Numbered from the stretch's first letter, positions 1-10,223 are shown. The stretch is 64,000 bases of DNA from Candidatus Altiarchaeales archaeon ex4484_96 (GCA_002254405.1 NJDH01000003.1:5080-69079), one strand, 5' to 3'. Notes: a model not told the origin generated them from the letters alone. A program made the numbers and translations.

Positions 1-1
1 C

Positions 2-949
2 CTGGTTGATTTATTCAGCCCCACGTATTCATCTGGGCTCTCTTGGACCTGCGCGAGCGGGACCGAGAGTGACATAATTGATTTAATAAACTATACCCTT
101 TGCACGGTTAAGAATGTTCTTGTGGCGGTGGCGGGTTTAATCGCTACCATTGCTTTGATAGCCTCCGCTTTCATCTGGATTACCTCGGGCAGCCCGGAGG
201 CGAGGGCGTCTGCGAAATATGCCTCTATTGTGGCTATTATGGGCTTGATTGTGGCTATTGTTGGTCTGCAGTATCTTGGCACCGTATTTGGCGGGTCTGC
301 TTTGTCGTTTACCTGTGGTGTTGGAGTAACACCCTCTAATATTGTTTCTCTTGTTGAGAATGTTTTGTGCATAATCTATAATGTTCTTCGTTCGGTTGTG
401 GCTGTTGTTGCGGCGATTATGGTGTTGTTTGGTGGTTTCATGTTTATTAGCTCAGATAGCGACCGCGATAGGGCCCGGGGCAAGAACATGGTTGCTGCGG
501 CGATTATCGGCTTTATTATTGCCTTGATTGCGATACAGTTCATCCAGGCTGTTGTTACCCAAGCAGGCATGGGGGTATCAACGTGTGATGATGCCTACAA
601 GCTCTGTGTGGATGATTGTATCGACAACCACGGGGAGCCAAGCCCCATACCCGGCGGAGGCGGCGGCACGACGACCACCACAGCTACGACCACCACCACC
701 GGTGTTACAACCACAACGTTAAGTTGCATACAAGTTTGTGCCGCCGTCGGCTCCTGCGGTGACGCACCATATGCTTGTGGTCAAGCATCATATTGTATGG
801 TTGGTTCAGCGGGTTGTGACATATCTGTGGGTATTCCTGGGGCTTGTACAGGACCTACCTTCACGCTAACGCACACTCCAGCCGGCGATGCTTGGTGTGA
901 AGCACAATCCTATGCTGGTCCTGGCTATCAATGTTGTTGTTGTCCGTAA
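2..949 (+). CDS. 5'-truncated multi-repeat TrbC/VirB2-like pilin protein with Gly/Thr-rich linker and C-terminal Cys-rich domain
   Basis: The frame is open from base 2 (LVDLFSPTYSSGLSWTC...), so the GTG at 122 is internal. Two complete hairpins (AFIWITSGSPEARASAK; GFMFISSDSDRDRARGK), then a GGGGG-poly-Thr linker and a Cys-rich tail ending QCCCCP. Confidence 0.8.
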   Translation: MVDLFSPTYSSGLSWTCASGTESDIIDLINYTLCTVKNVLVAVAGLIATIALIASAFIWITSGSPEARASAKYASIVAIMGLIVAIVGLQYLGTVFGGSALSFTCGVGVTPSNIVSLVENVLCIIYNVLRSVVAVVAAIMVLFGGFMFISSDSDRDRARGKNMVAAAIIGFIIALIAIQFIQAVVTQAGMGVSTCDDAYKLCVDDCIDNHGEPSPIPGGGGGTTTTTATTTTTGVTTTTLSCIQVCAAVGSCGDAPYACGQASYCMVGSAGCDISVGIPGACTGPTFTLTHTPAGDAWCEAQSYAGPGYQCCCCP

Positions 950-988
950 AATGAGAAACATTAAAAAATATGGAGTTGAAATATCAAT

Positions 989-3900
989 ATGAAGGTGTTT
1001 AATAGGGTGTTTAGGTGCCAGAAACTGTTATTGTTTCTCTTAGCATTCATGCTGTTTGGCTCCATGGTATACACTGTATCAGCCCAATCTGGGTTGGATG
1101 ACTGCTTAAAGACATGTAAGAGCAGTGCGGGCGGGGAGATAATTCATCTGGTGCGCTACACCATCTGCATCATCCTTAGGTTGGTTCAGTTGTTGTGTGT
1201 TATCGCATCTGTTCTGGCAATAACCCTAGCGGGTATTATGTGGATTTCATCCGACAGCAGCAGCCAGAGAGCCCTAGCCAAAAAAATAGTGATGTTCGCT
1301 TTGCTCGGGCTTATCGTGACGATGATAGTAATCCAGCTTGTGAATGCCTTTATATCCTTTGGGATTGATACAGGAAAAATATTTGTCATAGGATGTGAGA
1401 CCACCTGGGATACAACAATATATAACCCCATAAATACTGTGGCCTGCGTTCTTTATCGGGTGCTTCAGCTGGGTGCCATACTTTTAGCTGCTGTGGTCTT
1501 GACTCTGGCGGGCATCATGTGGGTTGGCTCAGACAGCCCGGAAGACAGGATACGCGCCAGAAACATCATGGTGTATGTAGTAATAGGTTTTCTGGTGGTG
1601 AATCTGGTGCTCTTGCTTCTGGGCTCTATCATTGATTCAGCAATACCCTACACATTCGATTGTAATTTGATGGCAAATGCCCCCCCGGGGATATCAGACA
1701 CCATCACCTATGTTGCCTGCATTGGATTAAGATTATTCCAGTATTCTGCGATATTGCTTGCAGTAGCGATAGTTGCCTTATCCGGGGTCCGCTTTATTTT
1801 ATCGGATAGCCCTGAGGAACGAATCAAGGCCCGCAACATGATAGCCTACACAATAGTGGGATTTCTGGTGGTTTTCACCGCAATAGCCTTTATTAACACG
1901 GCTCTCTCTGGTGTGGTGGGCACCCTGTCTTTGAACTCAATTGACTGTTCCATAACATCCTCTGCTCCAATTGACTTAGAAAATATCCGGATGACCTTGC
2001 ATAATGTTGCCTGCATTGTGATAGTTATTGTCTACTTCGTTGCTGCAGTACTCGCATCACTTGTCATCATTCTATCGGGAATATATTTTTATTCAAGCGA
2101 CGACCCGGTTGCGAGAAACCGGGCTAAAATCCTGGCAGCGCAGACGGTTGTCGGGTTGATTATTATACTTATCGCCATGAATCTCATATCAGCTCTCTTC
2201 AGCGGTGGGGGTATTACCTCAATTGAGGATGCTACTGCTGCGATATTCACCAACAACTGTGTTGCTCAAATAGGTGCGGGCACCTTCTCAGAGCTTCTAA
2301 AAGTTACAGACCCAATAAACACGGTGTTATGTGTTATTATTACACTCTTCCAGTCGCTTTCTGCTTTGATTCTTGTCTTGGTTATTATGGCTGCCGGATT
2401 CAGGTGGGCTATCTCCGACAGCCCCGAGGACAGGCTGCAGTCCAAGAGGATGGTGGTCTATGGTATAATAGGAATACTGGTTATACTGATTTCAACAAAC
2501 ATCATCTATGCCCTGATAAGCGCCGTCTCCGGGGGGGTGATAGACGACACATTCATCGCACCCGGGATGACTGGAACCCAATGCCAGATAGCTTCTGACG
2601 AGTTGGATGATGTTCTGGACATAGTCAAGGCGTTCTTGTGTATCATCCTTCTCGGGGGTTTCTTTTTGTCGGGCATAATCATAGCCTTGATTATAGTATA
2701 TGCCGGCTTGAGGTGGATTGCATCGGACAGTCCCCAAGACCGTAATGTTGCTAAGTGGATTATCATCAAGGCCTTGATTGGGTACATCCTGATTCAGGTA
2801 GCCTCGCAGCTTGTTATGGCCTTATCCACTGCATTGGTTTCAGGGGCTTTTGGTATGGGGGGCTTCTTTGACTTCCTGGGTTCCCTATTCGGTGAGCCCT
2901 ACATCATAACCTGTTTTTATTACCTGGGTGCTGGGGGTGGAACCGATGCATTCATTGGATTGGGCATCTTGTTCGCCCAGCTGTGGTTTATCTTCTGCTA
3001 TATTCTTCGGATGCTGCAGATTGTGGCAATAGCGGCTGCTGCCATAATCATTGTGGTGGCTGGCTTGAAGTGGATTGGCTCGGATTCAACAGAGCAAAGG
3101 TCTTATGTTAAGGCCCGGGTGCTTCATGCCCTGATAGGGTTGATTATTGTCATACTCGCCACATCCATAGTGGATGCCCTCTCCCTGATAGCTTTACTAT
3201 CTGATATGGTGGATGTTATACCTATTATCGGCCCGCTGATAAGCGGGATATTCGATTCTATTCTGGTAGACTTCTTCCACGTGGATGAACTATACACTAA
3301 CCTGTGTCCCGGGTGGGTTGACATACTTGGCATATTCTTCAATGAGCAGTTGAGGTTGCTTGCCTGTATCATCATCAGGATACTTCAGGGTGTTGCCGCC
3401 ATACTCGCCACGATAGTGATACTATTATCCGGCATAGCGTGGATGAGTTCTGAAAGCTATGAGGGGCGGACTAAGGCCCGGGACCGGTTGCTTCATGCCA
3501 TAATAGGTCTGTTGATTGTTATGGTAGCCTTGCAGTTGGTTAATGTTTTTGTTGTAACCGGCTTGGATTCCGCGCTCTCCTTGGACTGTAGCGGCACAGA
3601 CACCGGAGAGGTAGTTACACTGGCTAACACGCTGGGTTGTTTGATGGTTAAAATACTTGAGTCAATAGCTGGGATGATAGCGGCCATATTGATTATTGTT
3701 GCAGGATACCGGTGGATGACATCAGAAAGCCCCGAGCAAAGAGTCAAGCAGAGGAATAGAATCATCACCATACTCGTCGGGCTCACTGTCACCATAATAG
3801 CCCTGCAGCTGGTGCAGTTATTCGTCAGCGAACATGGCTTCATGCAGATTAACCCCGAGTGTATCCCCCTTTCCATAGCTCCTGTAGACTGCAGCAGCCC

Positions 3901-4168
3901 CGCAGACGAGCTGGAGGAGGTGGTATGCACCGCCCTCTATGTTGGTTGCCTCTTCATCAGGGTGCTTATGTATATCATCGCAGCGGTTGGGTTGTTGATG
4001 ATACTATGGGCCGGTATTACCTGGATTGTCTCCGATTCACCCGCGCAAAGGACTAGGGCGAGAAACATGCTCATCTCGGTTATTATAGCATTGATGGTTA
4101 TACTGCTGGCATTGGCTTTAATAAACTACCTGGTCACCGGGACGAGGATACTGAGCTTTTATTGCTGA
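989..4168 (+). CDS. Pilin polyprotein: signal peptide plus 10 tandem TrbC/VirB2-like two-helix hairpins
   Basis: Ten copies of C-x21-G-x2-[WF]-x2-S-[DE]-[SD]-x3-R-x3-[KR]-x8-[GA] in the translation; class I signal peptide ending VSA/Q. Confidence 0.8.
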   Translation: MKVFNRVFRCQKLLLFLLAFMLFGSMVYTVSAQSGLDDCLKTCKSSAGGEIIHLVRYTICIILRLVQLLCVIASVLAITLAGIMWISSDSSSQRALAKKIVMFALLGLIVTMIVIQLVNAFISFGIDTGKIFVIGCETTWDTTIYNPINTVACVLYRVLQLGAILLAAVVLTLAGIMWVGSDSPEDRIRARNIMVYVVIGFLVVNLVLLLLGSIIDSAIPYTFDCNLMANAPPGISDTITYVACIGLRLFQYSAILLAVAIVALSGVRFILSDSPEERIKARNMIAYTIVGFLVVFTAIAFINTALSGVVGTLSLNSIDCSITSSAPIDLENIRMTLHNVACIVIVIVYFVAAVLASLVIILSGIYFYSSDDPVARNRAKILAAQTVVGLIIILIAMNLISALFSGGGITSIEDATAAIFTNNCVAQIGAGTFSELLKVTDPINTVLCVIITLFQSLSALILVLVIMAAGFRWAISDSPEDRLQSKRMVVYGIIGILVILISTNIIYALISAVSGGVIDDTFIAPGMTGTQCQIASDELDDVLDIVKAFLCIILLGGFFLSGIIIALIIVYAGLRWIASDSPQDRNVAKWIIIKALIGYILIQVASQLVMALSTALVSGAFGMGGFFDFLGSLFGEPYIITCFYYLGAGGGTDAFIGLGILFAQLWFIFCYILRMLQIVAIAAAAIIIVVAGLKWIGSDSTEQRSYVKARVLHALIGLIIVILATSIVDALSLIALLSDMVDVIPIIGPLISGIFDSILVDFFHVDELYTNLCPGWVDILGIFFNEQLRLLACIIIRILQGVAAILATIVILLSGIAWMSSESYEGRTKARDRLLHAIIGLLIVMVALQLVNVFVVTGLDSALSLDCSGTDTGEVVTLANTLGCLMVKILESIAGMIAAILIIVAGYRWMTSESPEQRVKQRNRIITILVGLTVTIIALQLVQLFVSEHGFMQINPECIPLSIAPVDCSSPADELEEVVCTALYVGCLFIRVLMYIIAAVGLLMILWAGITWIVSDSPAQRTRARNMLISVIIALMVILLALALINYLVTGTRILSFYC

Positions 4169-4174
4169 TTTTTT

Positions 4175-5983
4175 TTATCCTATGGTGTATATTAGGAGAT
4201 AGATTAGTAGTATTATCGTTAAAAGGAAAACAGCCATCCCGATGGTTATCTGCTCTTCCCTGCTGAAATGCAAGGCCTTCTGTTGCTCTATTCTTTTTTC
4301 AAACGCGCCTGCTTTATCTGAGCCAGCCATCTCAAGTACTGTGACATAAAGCATGTCCCTGAAAACCCCGATCGCGTTCACCGGGTTCTTGGTGAACCAA
4401 AGAAAAATGTATGCTGTTCTGGAGGCTGTATCATCTATTTTTTTGGCATAATAGGTGAGGGGTTTCTCACAATACCACATAAATCCTTTCGCAAGTTTCC
4501 GGTAAAACCAGTCTGTGTCCAGTGATATGGTGTTTTTTCTTTTAAGCAGCGGGAGCATCACGAAAAAAGCAAGAGCTGAATAAAATAATAGCTCAAGCTG
4601 CTGCACGACGTGGTCTATTGTGTAGGCGTTGTATTCGATTTGAGCGGGCAGAATATTATACAACAGCTGCGGGTACACTCCCAGAAGTATGCAAAGGAAT
4701 GCTGCTCCTCCCATAGCATAAAGCATGTTTTTCGGGGGCTCTGTTGTTCTGATGCCTGAGTCTTTGGCGAAAAACACAAAATAAGGGAATTTTATCCCCG
4801 CATGAAGGAATACTCCTGCTGAGGCAAGCTGCAGCAGCATGAACACAGGTATCAGATGCTGGTTGGCTGCGGCTGATATTATCATGGATTTGGTTGTGAA
4901 ACCGCTGAATAGCGGGAACGCAGATATGGATGCCGCCCCTATGAGGCAGAATATTAATGTCAACGGCATGCTCTTGTATAGTCCCCCCAGCTCGGTGCAT
5001 TTTCTTTTGCCGGTCATGTATAATACTGCTCCAGCAGACATCCAAAGCAGCCCCTTGTATAATATGTGGCCGAACGCGTGTGCTGTGGAGCCGTTGAGTG
5101 AGAGCGCTGTTCCGATGCCTACGCCTGCGACCATAAACCCTACCTGGTTTATTATGCTGTAGGCGAGTATCCTGCGCATGTCGTTTTCCAGGATAGCGTA
5201 TATTATGCCGTATATTGACATTATTGTTCCCAGCCAGATTAGTATCTCCCACCCGGGGTATCCTCTTATGAGAACGTATACTGCTGTTTTGGTTGTGAAG
5301 GCGCTCAGGAACACGGCCCCGGTTACAGTGCCCTCGGGGTACGCATCAGATAACCATGCATGCAGCGGCGGAACAGCTGCATTAACAAGGAACCCAAGGA
5401 GTATAAGATTTGATGATAGCATTCCGCTGTCAGCCGCATCGAATGCGATTGAACCTGTTTGGGCTACCTGCATTATTATGCCAGCCAGCAGCACGGAGCC
5501 TCCGAATGCGTGCACCATGATGTATCTATATCCTGCCTTCCTTGAGGGTTCATCTCTTTTGTACCATATCAGCATAAGGGATGCGAGCGCCATAATCTCC
5601 CAGCAGATGAATAAAGTGAAGTAGTCTCCTGTGAAAACCACACCCAAAGCGCTTCCAACGTAAAGCAGTGCTGAAATATGCTGTCCGTCATCGTCCAGGT
5701 GCAGGGAGTATACCATCCCAAGTGTGGCCATTAACGTGAAAATGTATCCAAAGCACAGGCTTAGGTTGTCTACTCTGCCGAATATCAGCTCATAGCCCAG
5801 GAAATCAAATCCCCAGTGTGCTCCGTGTGGTAGAAACATTAGGCTGATGAAGGCTGCTGCGGGTATTAATACGAGAACTGCTTTCTTTAGCTTGCCTCCG
5901 AAAAGCGGGATGAGGGAAGCACCCAAAACTAAGATTATTCCTGGGTGGATTCCGCTGTTCAAAAGTGATGATAGCTCACTCAT
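4175..5983 (-). CDS. mrpD: Mrp Na+/H+ antiporter subunit D-like (NuoL/M/N-type)
   Basis: WEIMAL, PLHAWLSDAYPEG, RILAYSIINQVG and HILYKGLL motifs; last gene of the mrp cluster. Confidence 0.88.
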   Translation of the reverse strand: MSELSSLLNSGIHPGIILVLGASLIPLFGGKLKKAVLVLIPAAAFISLMFLPHGAHWGFDFLGYELIFGRVDNLSLCFGYIFTLMATLGMVYSLHLDDDGQHISALLYVGSALGVVFTGDYFTLFICWEIMALASLMLIWYKRDEPSRKAGYRYIMVHAFGGSVLLAGIIMQVAQTGSIAFDAADSGMLSSNLILLGFLVNAAVPPLHAWLSDAYPEGTVTGAVFLSAFTTKTAVYVLIRGYPGWEILIWLGTIMSIYGIIYAILENDMRRILAYSIINQVGFMVAGVGIGTALSLNGSTAHAFGHILYKGLLWMSAGAVLYMTGKRKCTELGGLYKSMPLTLIFCLIGAASISAFPLFSGFTTKSMIISAAANQHLIPVFMLLQLASAGVFLHAGIKFPYFVFFAKDSGIRTTEPPKNMLYAMGGAAFLCILLGVYPQLLYNILPAQIEYNAYTIDHVVQQLELLFYSALAFFVMLPLLKRKNTISLDTDWFYRKLAKGFMWYCEKPLTYYAKKIDDTASRTAYIFLWFTKNPVNAIGVFRDMLYVTVLEMAGSDKAGAFEKRIEQQKALHFSREEQITIGMAVFLLTIILLIYLLIYTIG

Positions 5984-6203
5984 AGTATTCCTCCCTTTTC
6001 TGCAGCCATATGCCCAGTAACTTGGATACGAGTACTATTAGCACGCAGCTTAGGAAACCGTATATTGAGTAGAAACCGGGAAGTGCCTCCCATGAGACGA
6101 CGATATGGTGTTTGGGTATGAGCAGATCCGCTAGATAGATTAATACGAGAGATGCGATAAACATTTTTTTCAGGTTCCCGTATGTGAGTATTTTATTTAT
6201 CAT
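5976..6203 (-). CDS. Small 2-TM Mrp-cluster protein
   Basis: ATG at 6203 just after the upstream stop; PGFYSIYGFLSC...QKREEYYE pattern typical of the small gene between mrpD copies. Confidence 0.7.
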   Translation of the reverse strand: MINKILTYGNLKKMFIASLVLIYLADLLIPKHHIVVSWEALPGFYSIYGFLSCVLIVLVSKLLGIWLQKREEYYE

Positions 6204-6204
6204 A

Positions 6205-7686
6205 TCATATGCCTCCGAATATGTTTTTTGCCATGAGCTCAACAAGCCCGTAGAAGAACCCGGGTGCATCAGGCCATAAACCGAGTATAATCGATATTGC
6301 TGCTGTCAGGGTTAAAGGTATGAGCATGAGTGCTGGTGCCTCATTCTTTTTTGTTTTGGTTTTTGCTTGCTTAAAGTAGGCACGGTATATTATCGGGAAA
6401 AAATAGGCGACGTTAAGCAGCGCGCTTGAGAGCAAAACCGCGACCAAGGGCAGCTGGTTTGCTTCAACAGAGCCTAAAAGCAGATACCATTTGCTGAGGT
6501 ATCCGCAGACGGGCGGGAAACCCGCCATACCAAAAGCAGCTATGCTGAAGGCGGCCATGGTGTAAGGCATGCTTTTGCCTATGCCGTCCAGCTCGCTTAT
6601 GTTTTTCTTTTTTGTTGCCACATATATTGCTCCGGCGCAGAAAAACAATGTTATCTTCATGAAGGCATGGTGTGCGATATGCATGACCCCGCCAAAAAGC
6701 CCTGCTGGGTTGACGTATGCCGCCCCAAGGATGATGTATGACAGCTGGCTTATGGTGGAGTAGGCTAGCATCTTTTTCAGGTTATCCTGCGTTAACGCAA
6801 ACATTGAGGCCACGAGTATTGTGTAGGCTACGAAATAGGCTAGTGGTATGCCCACGCCCAGCTTGGATACGAGTGTGGGTCCGAAGACGAAAAATATTGT
6901 TCTCACCACGCCGAATACGCCGGCTTTCACAACCGCTACCGCATGCAGTAGTGCGCTAACCGGTGTTGGGGCTACCATGGCTGATGGAAGCCAGGAGTGC
7001 AGTGGCATGAAAGCCGCCTTCACACCAAAGCCTACGATGTATGCTGCGAACAGTATCTGCAGGCCTAATACGCTGCCGTATCCGTATAGGAAACCCCCTG
7101 GTGTGAAACCCAGCGATCCTGTCAACGAGTATGTTGCTATTATGGCGAAAAGCAATACAACCCCTCCGCTGAGGGTGTAGACGAGGTATTTTCTGCCCGC
7201 TGATTTGGCTTTGGCGCTCTGTTTGTGTATGACAAGAGGGTATGTTATGAGGGTCAGTATCTCGTAGAACACGAAAAGCGTCAGCAGGTTGGCTGCGAAG
7301 GCAACCCCTATTGTTGAGGATAATGCTATTGCAAAGGATGCGAAGTATCGGGTCTGGGCGTGTTCGGCAAGTCCTCTCACGTACCCTATCGAATAAACTG
7401 ATGTCAGAATCCAAAGAAACGATGCGAGCACACCGAAAAGCAGGCCGAAGGCGTCAACCCTGAATGCGAAGGGTATCCCTGGCAGTATGTTGAATAGCTT
7501 ATAGTATATGTTGTTTCCCTCTAAAACAGCGGGTATCATTGATGCTATTATTATGAACTTTAATGTGGCTGCTATCATGGTCCATGTTTCGCGCAGGTTT
7601 CTTTTTTTATCGCTTAATAAAATCAGCACCGAGGCTGCCGCTGATATGAAAACAGCTAGCAGGGGCTTGATTGATATTACATCCAT
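6205..7686 (-). CDS. mrpD: Mrp antiporter subunit D-like
   Basis: FYEILTL, PLHSWLPSAMVAPTPVSALLHAVAVVKAG, LAYSTISQLSY. Confidence 0.9.
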   Translation of the reverse strand: MDVISIKPLLAVFISAAASVLILLSDKKRNLRETWTMIAATLKFIIIASMIPAVLEGNNIYYKLFNILPGIPFAFRVDAFGLLFGVLASFLWILTSVYSIGYVRGLAEHAQTRYFASFAIALSSTIGVAFAANLLTLFVFYEILTLITYPLVIHKQSAKAKSAGRKYLVYTLSGGVVLLFAIIATYSLTGSLGFTPGGFLYGYGSVLGLQILFAAYIVGFGVKAAFMPLHSWLPSAMVAPTPVSALLHAVAVVKAGVFGVVRTIFFVFGPTLVSKLGVGIPLAYFVAYTILVASMFALTQDNLKKMLAYSTISQLSYIILGAAYVNPAGLFGGVMHIAHHAFMKITLFFCAGAIYVATKKKNISELDGIGKSMPYTMAAFSIAAFGMAGFPPVCGYLSKWYLLLGSVEANQLPLVAVLLSSALLNVAYFFPIIYRAYFKQAKTKTKKNEAPALMLIPLTLTAAISIILGLWPDAPGFFYGLVELMAKNIFGGI

Positions 7687-7696
7687 CTTTTTTTTT

Positions 7697-9163
7697 TTAT
7701 TGAATCAATGATATTGCCGTGTATTGCACATAGGGTAGTATCATGTAAACCAGTATCCCGAATACTATGCACGCTGCCGCTAATACCAGCATGGGTATTA
7801 GCATGCTTGCTGGAGCTATTGTTTTATCTATTTTATTTTGTTCCCCGAAGTATGCTTTCTCAAGAACCCTGAAGAAGTACCCGGCGTTTAATAGGCTGCT
7901 TGATAGTATCACGAGCGCGAAAATCCATCTGCCGGCTTCGATTGAGCCGAGAGCAAGATACCACTTGCTAAAAAAACCGCAAAGCGGCGGTACTCCGACC
8001 ATGGAAAGTGAGGCGATGGCGAAAAAAGCCATGGTGTAAGGCATTTTTTTCCCTAGGCCGTTGAAGTCCCCTATGTTTTTTATCCCTGTCTTGTATATGA
8101 TTGCTCCAACAGCCAGAAACAGGCACCCCTTCATCAGCGCATGGTTTAGTATGTGCAGGAGGCTTCCGGTCAACCCGGCTGTGTTAGCTAATCCTATGCC
8201 CAATACAATGTATCCTATCTGGCTTATGCTGCTGTAGGCGAGCATTCTTTTGATGTTTTTCTGGGCTATTGCGCTTATGGAGCCGGCTATTATGGCTATG
8301 GCGGCCGTCCATGAGAGTATTTCTCCGACAGGCATGGTTTCGATAAAAAAGTTTATAGTGAAAACATCATAGAGTAATCTTATCATCATGTATGCGCCTA
8401 CCTTGGACATGAGGGCGGCTATTAGGGCGCTCACCGTTGATGGGGCGTGGGTGTATGCGTTGGGCAGCCAGCTGTGAAGCGGGAAGAGCGCTATTTTTAT
8501 GCTTAAGCCTACGACTATCAGTACCGCGGCTGCGTGAACAACCCTTGAGCCGTAGAGTTCCTCAAGATGAAGCGACATGTCTGCCATGTTTAGTGTGCCT
8601 GTTACGGCATATAGGAATCCGATACCGATGAGGATGAATGAGGCCGCTATTGTTCCCAGTATAAGGTACTTGAAGCTTGCTGTAAGCGCCTGTCTTTTTT
8701 CTCCCAGGGCTATGAGAGCGTAAGCGGATAGCGAGCTTATCTCAAGGAAAACATACAGGTTGAATATGTCGCCTGTTACGACGATACCCAGCAATCCCGT
8801 CAGAAGCAGCATATGCAGCGTATAGTAGAATACAAGATTTTTGTTTAGTTCTTTTTCTATGCTTTTCTTGGAGTACACGCTTATGGATAATCCGATGAAG
8901 GCTATGATTGCAGCCATATAAGCTCCGAGGTTGTCTATGACATATTCTATGCCCCAGGGGGGCTCCCAGTTCCCCAGGTGATAGCTTAAAGTCCCGTGTA
9001 ATGTAACGTTTTTGATTAGCATTATTGCCAGGATGAAAACAGCCGAGGTTGCTATAAACGATAGGATATGGCAGTATCTTCTGCGTATTAAACCCACAAC
9101 AGGCATTATGAATGAGCTCATCAGGGGTATTATGACTATGAGTACCGGGAGGTTTGTGTTCAT
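7697..9163 (-). CDS. mrpD: Mrp antiporter subunit D
   Basis: TGDIFNLYVFLEI, PLHSWLPNAYTHAP, KRMLAYSSISQIGY. Confidence 0.92.
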   Translation of the reverse strand: MNTNLPVLIVIIPLMSSFIMPVVGLIRRRYCHILSFIATSAVFILAIMLIKNVTLHGTLSYHLGNWEPPWGIEYVIDNLGAYMAAIIAFIGLSISVYSKKSIEKELNKNLVFYYTLHMLLLTGLLGIVVTGDIFNLYVFLEISSLSAYALIALGEKRQALTASFKYLILGTIAASFILIGIGFLYAVTGTLNMADMSLHLEELYGSRVVHAAAVLIVVGLSIKIALFPLHSWLPNAYTHAPSTVSALIAALMSKVGAYMMIRLLYDVFTINFFIETMPVGEILSWTAAIAIIAGSISAIAQKNIKRMLAYSSISQIGYIVLGIGLANTAGLTGSLLHILNHALMKGCLFLAVGAIIYKTGIKNIGDFNGLGKKMPYTMAFFAIASLSMVGVPPLCGFFSKWYLALGSIEAGRWIFALVILSSSLLNAGYFFRVLEKAYFGEQNKIDKTIAPASMLIPMLVLAAACIVFGILVYMILPYVQYTAISLIQ

Positions 9164-9525
9164 TGGTTTGCCTCCATTATTTTGTCTTCGTCCAGTGTCC
9201 TGTATTCCTGGTATATCTTGATTATTATTGTGAGAGCTACTGCTGTGGTGCTAACCGAAACCACGATGGCTGTCAGAATCAGCACTTGGGGGAGTGGGTT
9301 TACGTATCCTGTCGCGTGCTCGACCAGTATGGGGGCCGAAAGCTCCTTGATGTATCCCGCGGATATGTAAAACAGGAAGATGGCTGTCTGCATTATGTTC
9401 ATGCCGATAATCTTTTTTATCAGGTTTTTTTTGGATGTCATGGCATAGAATCCTATGACCACCAATAAAACGAAAACCCAGTAATTGTATTTACCAATTA
9501 TCCATTCCAGCTCCAATTCTCTCAC
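9160..9525 (-). CDS. mrpC: Mrp antiporter subunit C (start may be TTG at 9516)
   Basis: NLIKKIIG and NPLPQVLILTAIVV signature. Confidence 0.92.
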   Translation of the reverse strand: MRELELEWIIGKYNYWVFVLLVVIGFYAMTSKKNLIKKIIGMNIMQTAIFLFYISAGYIKELSAPILVEHATGYVNPLPQVLILTAIVVSVSTTAVALTIIIKIYQEYRTLDEDKIMEANQ

Positions 9526-9946
9526 CCGCTAAGTATATGAAAAGTATTATCGTCGCCGACATAACGGTTAATCCAATCCCCAGTTCCACCCCGAGTATTG
9601 AGAGTGCCGTTGTCTCGTGGGCGTCAACAGGCAGGGGCAAGCTATCGTATTGCAGGTATTTGCCCCCGGAAAGCATATCCATTAAACCAATCCCTGAATA
9701 TATCAATACTCCTAGGCTTATGAGGATTATGAGGTGCTTTTTTGATACCCGTTTTTTTGCTTTAGACAGGCCGTATACTATGCCATATAATATCATGCTT
9801 GTTCCAAGAATCACCCCGCCCTGGAATCCCCCGCCGGGTGATGTTTCCCCGTGCACTATTACGTAGATGCCGAATAATTGGATGAATGGAATCATTATCC
9901 TTGATATTGTTCTGGCTACCAGAGATTCCACTTCTTTTTCACCCAT
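9491..9946 (-). CDS. mrpB: Mrp antiporter subunit B (MnhB domain)
   Basis: HGETSPGGGFQGG signature. Confidence 0.92.
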   Translation of the reverse strand: MGEKEVESLVARTISRIMIPFIQLFGIYVIVHGETSPGGGFQGGVILGTSMILYGIVYGLSKAKKRVSKKHLIILISLGVLIYSGIGLMDMLSGGKYLQYDSLPLPVDAHETTALSILGVELGIGLTVMSATIILFIYLAGERIGAGMDNW

Positions 9947-10223
9947 TATTCCACCTCATAAACAATATCATCACCGCTATCCCTGCCGTGAATATGACTG
10001 TTGTCTCCCCTAGGGTATCGTATCCCCTGTAGTTGGCTAGTATTGCTGTTACAATGTTTGGGGCTCCGCCTTCTGTTTCTGAGTTATTTATGTATCTTGG
10101 TATTACGTGTTTGTTTGCTGGGTTATCCGGGTCACCGAAGCTGGGCATGTCCTCTACCACGTATATCAGGATGGCGCTCACGGCCAAAAGCGACATCAGC
10201 GAAGCGTATTTGATTTTAGTCAT
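9939..10223 (-). CDS. Mrp/MbhE-like small subunit
   Basis: NIVTAILANYRGYDTLGE signature. Confidence 0.88.
   Translation of the reverse strand: MTKIKYASLMSLLAVSAILIYVVEDMPSFGDPDNPANKHVIPRYINNSETEGGAPNIVTAILANYRGYDTLGETTVIFTAGIAVMILFMRWNNG

Noticed and set aside
989-4168. Type IV pilin or archaellin interpretation of the repeats
   Set aside because: No class III signal peptide; the units are two-TM hairpins with a basic loop rather than one N-terminal helix plus a globular head.
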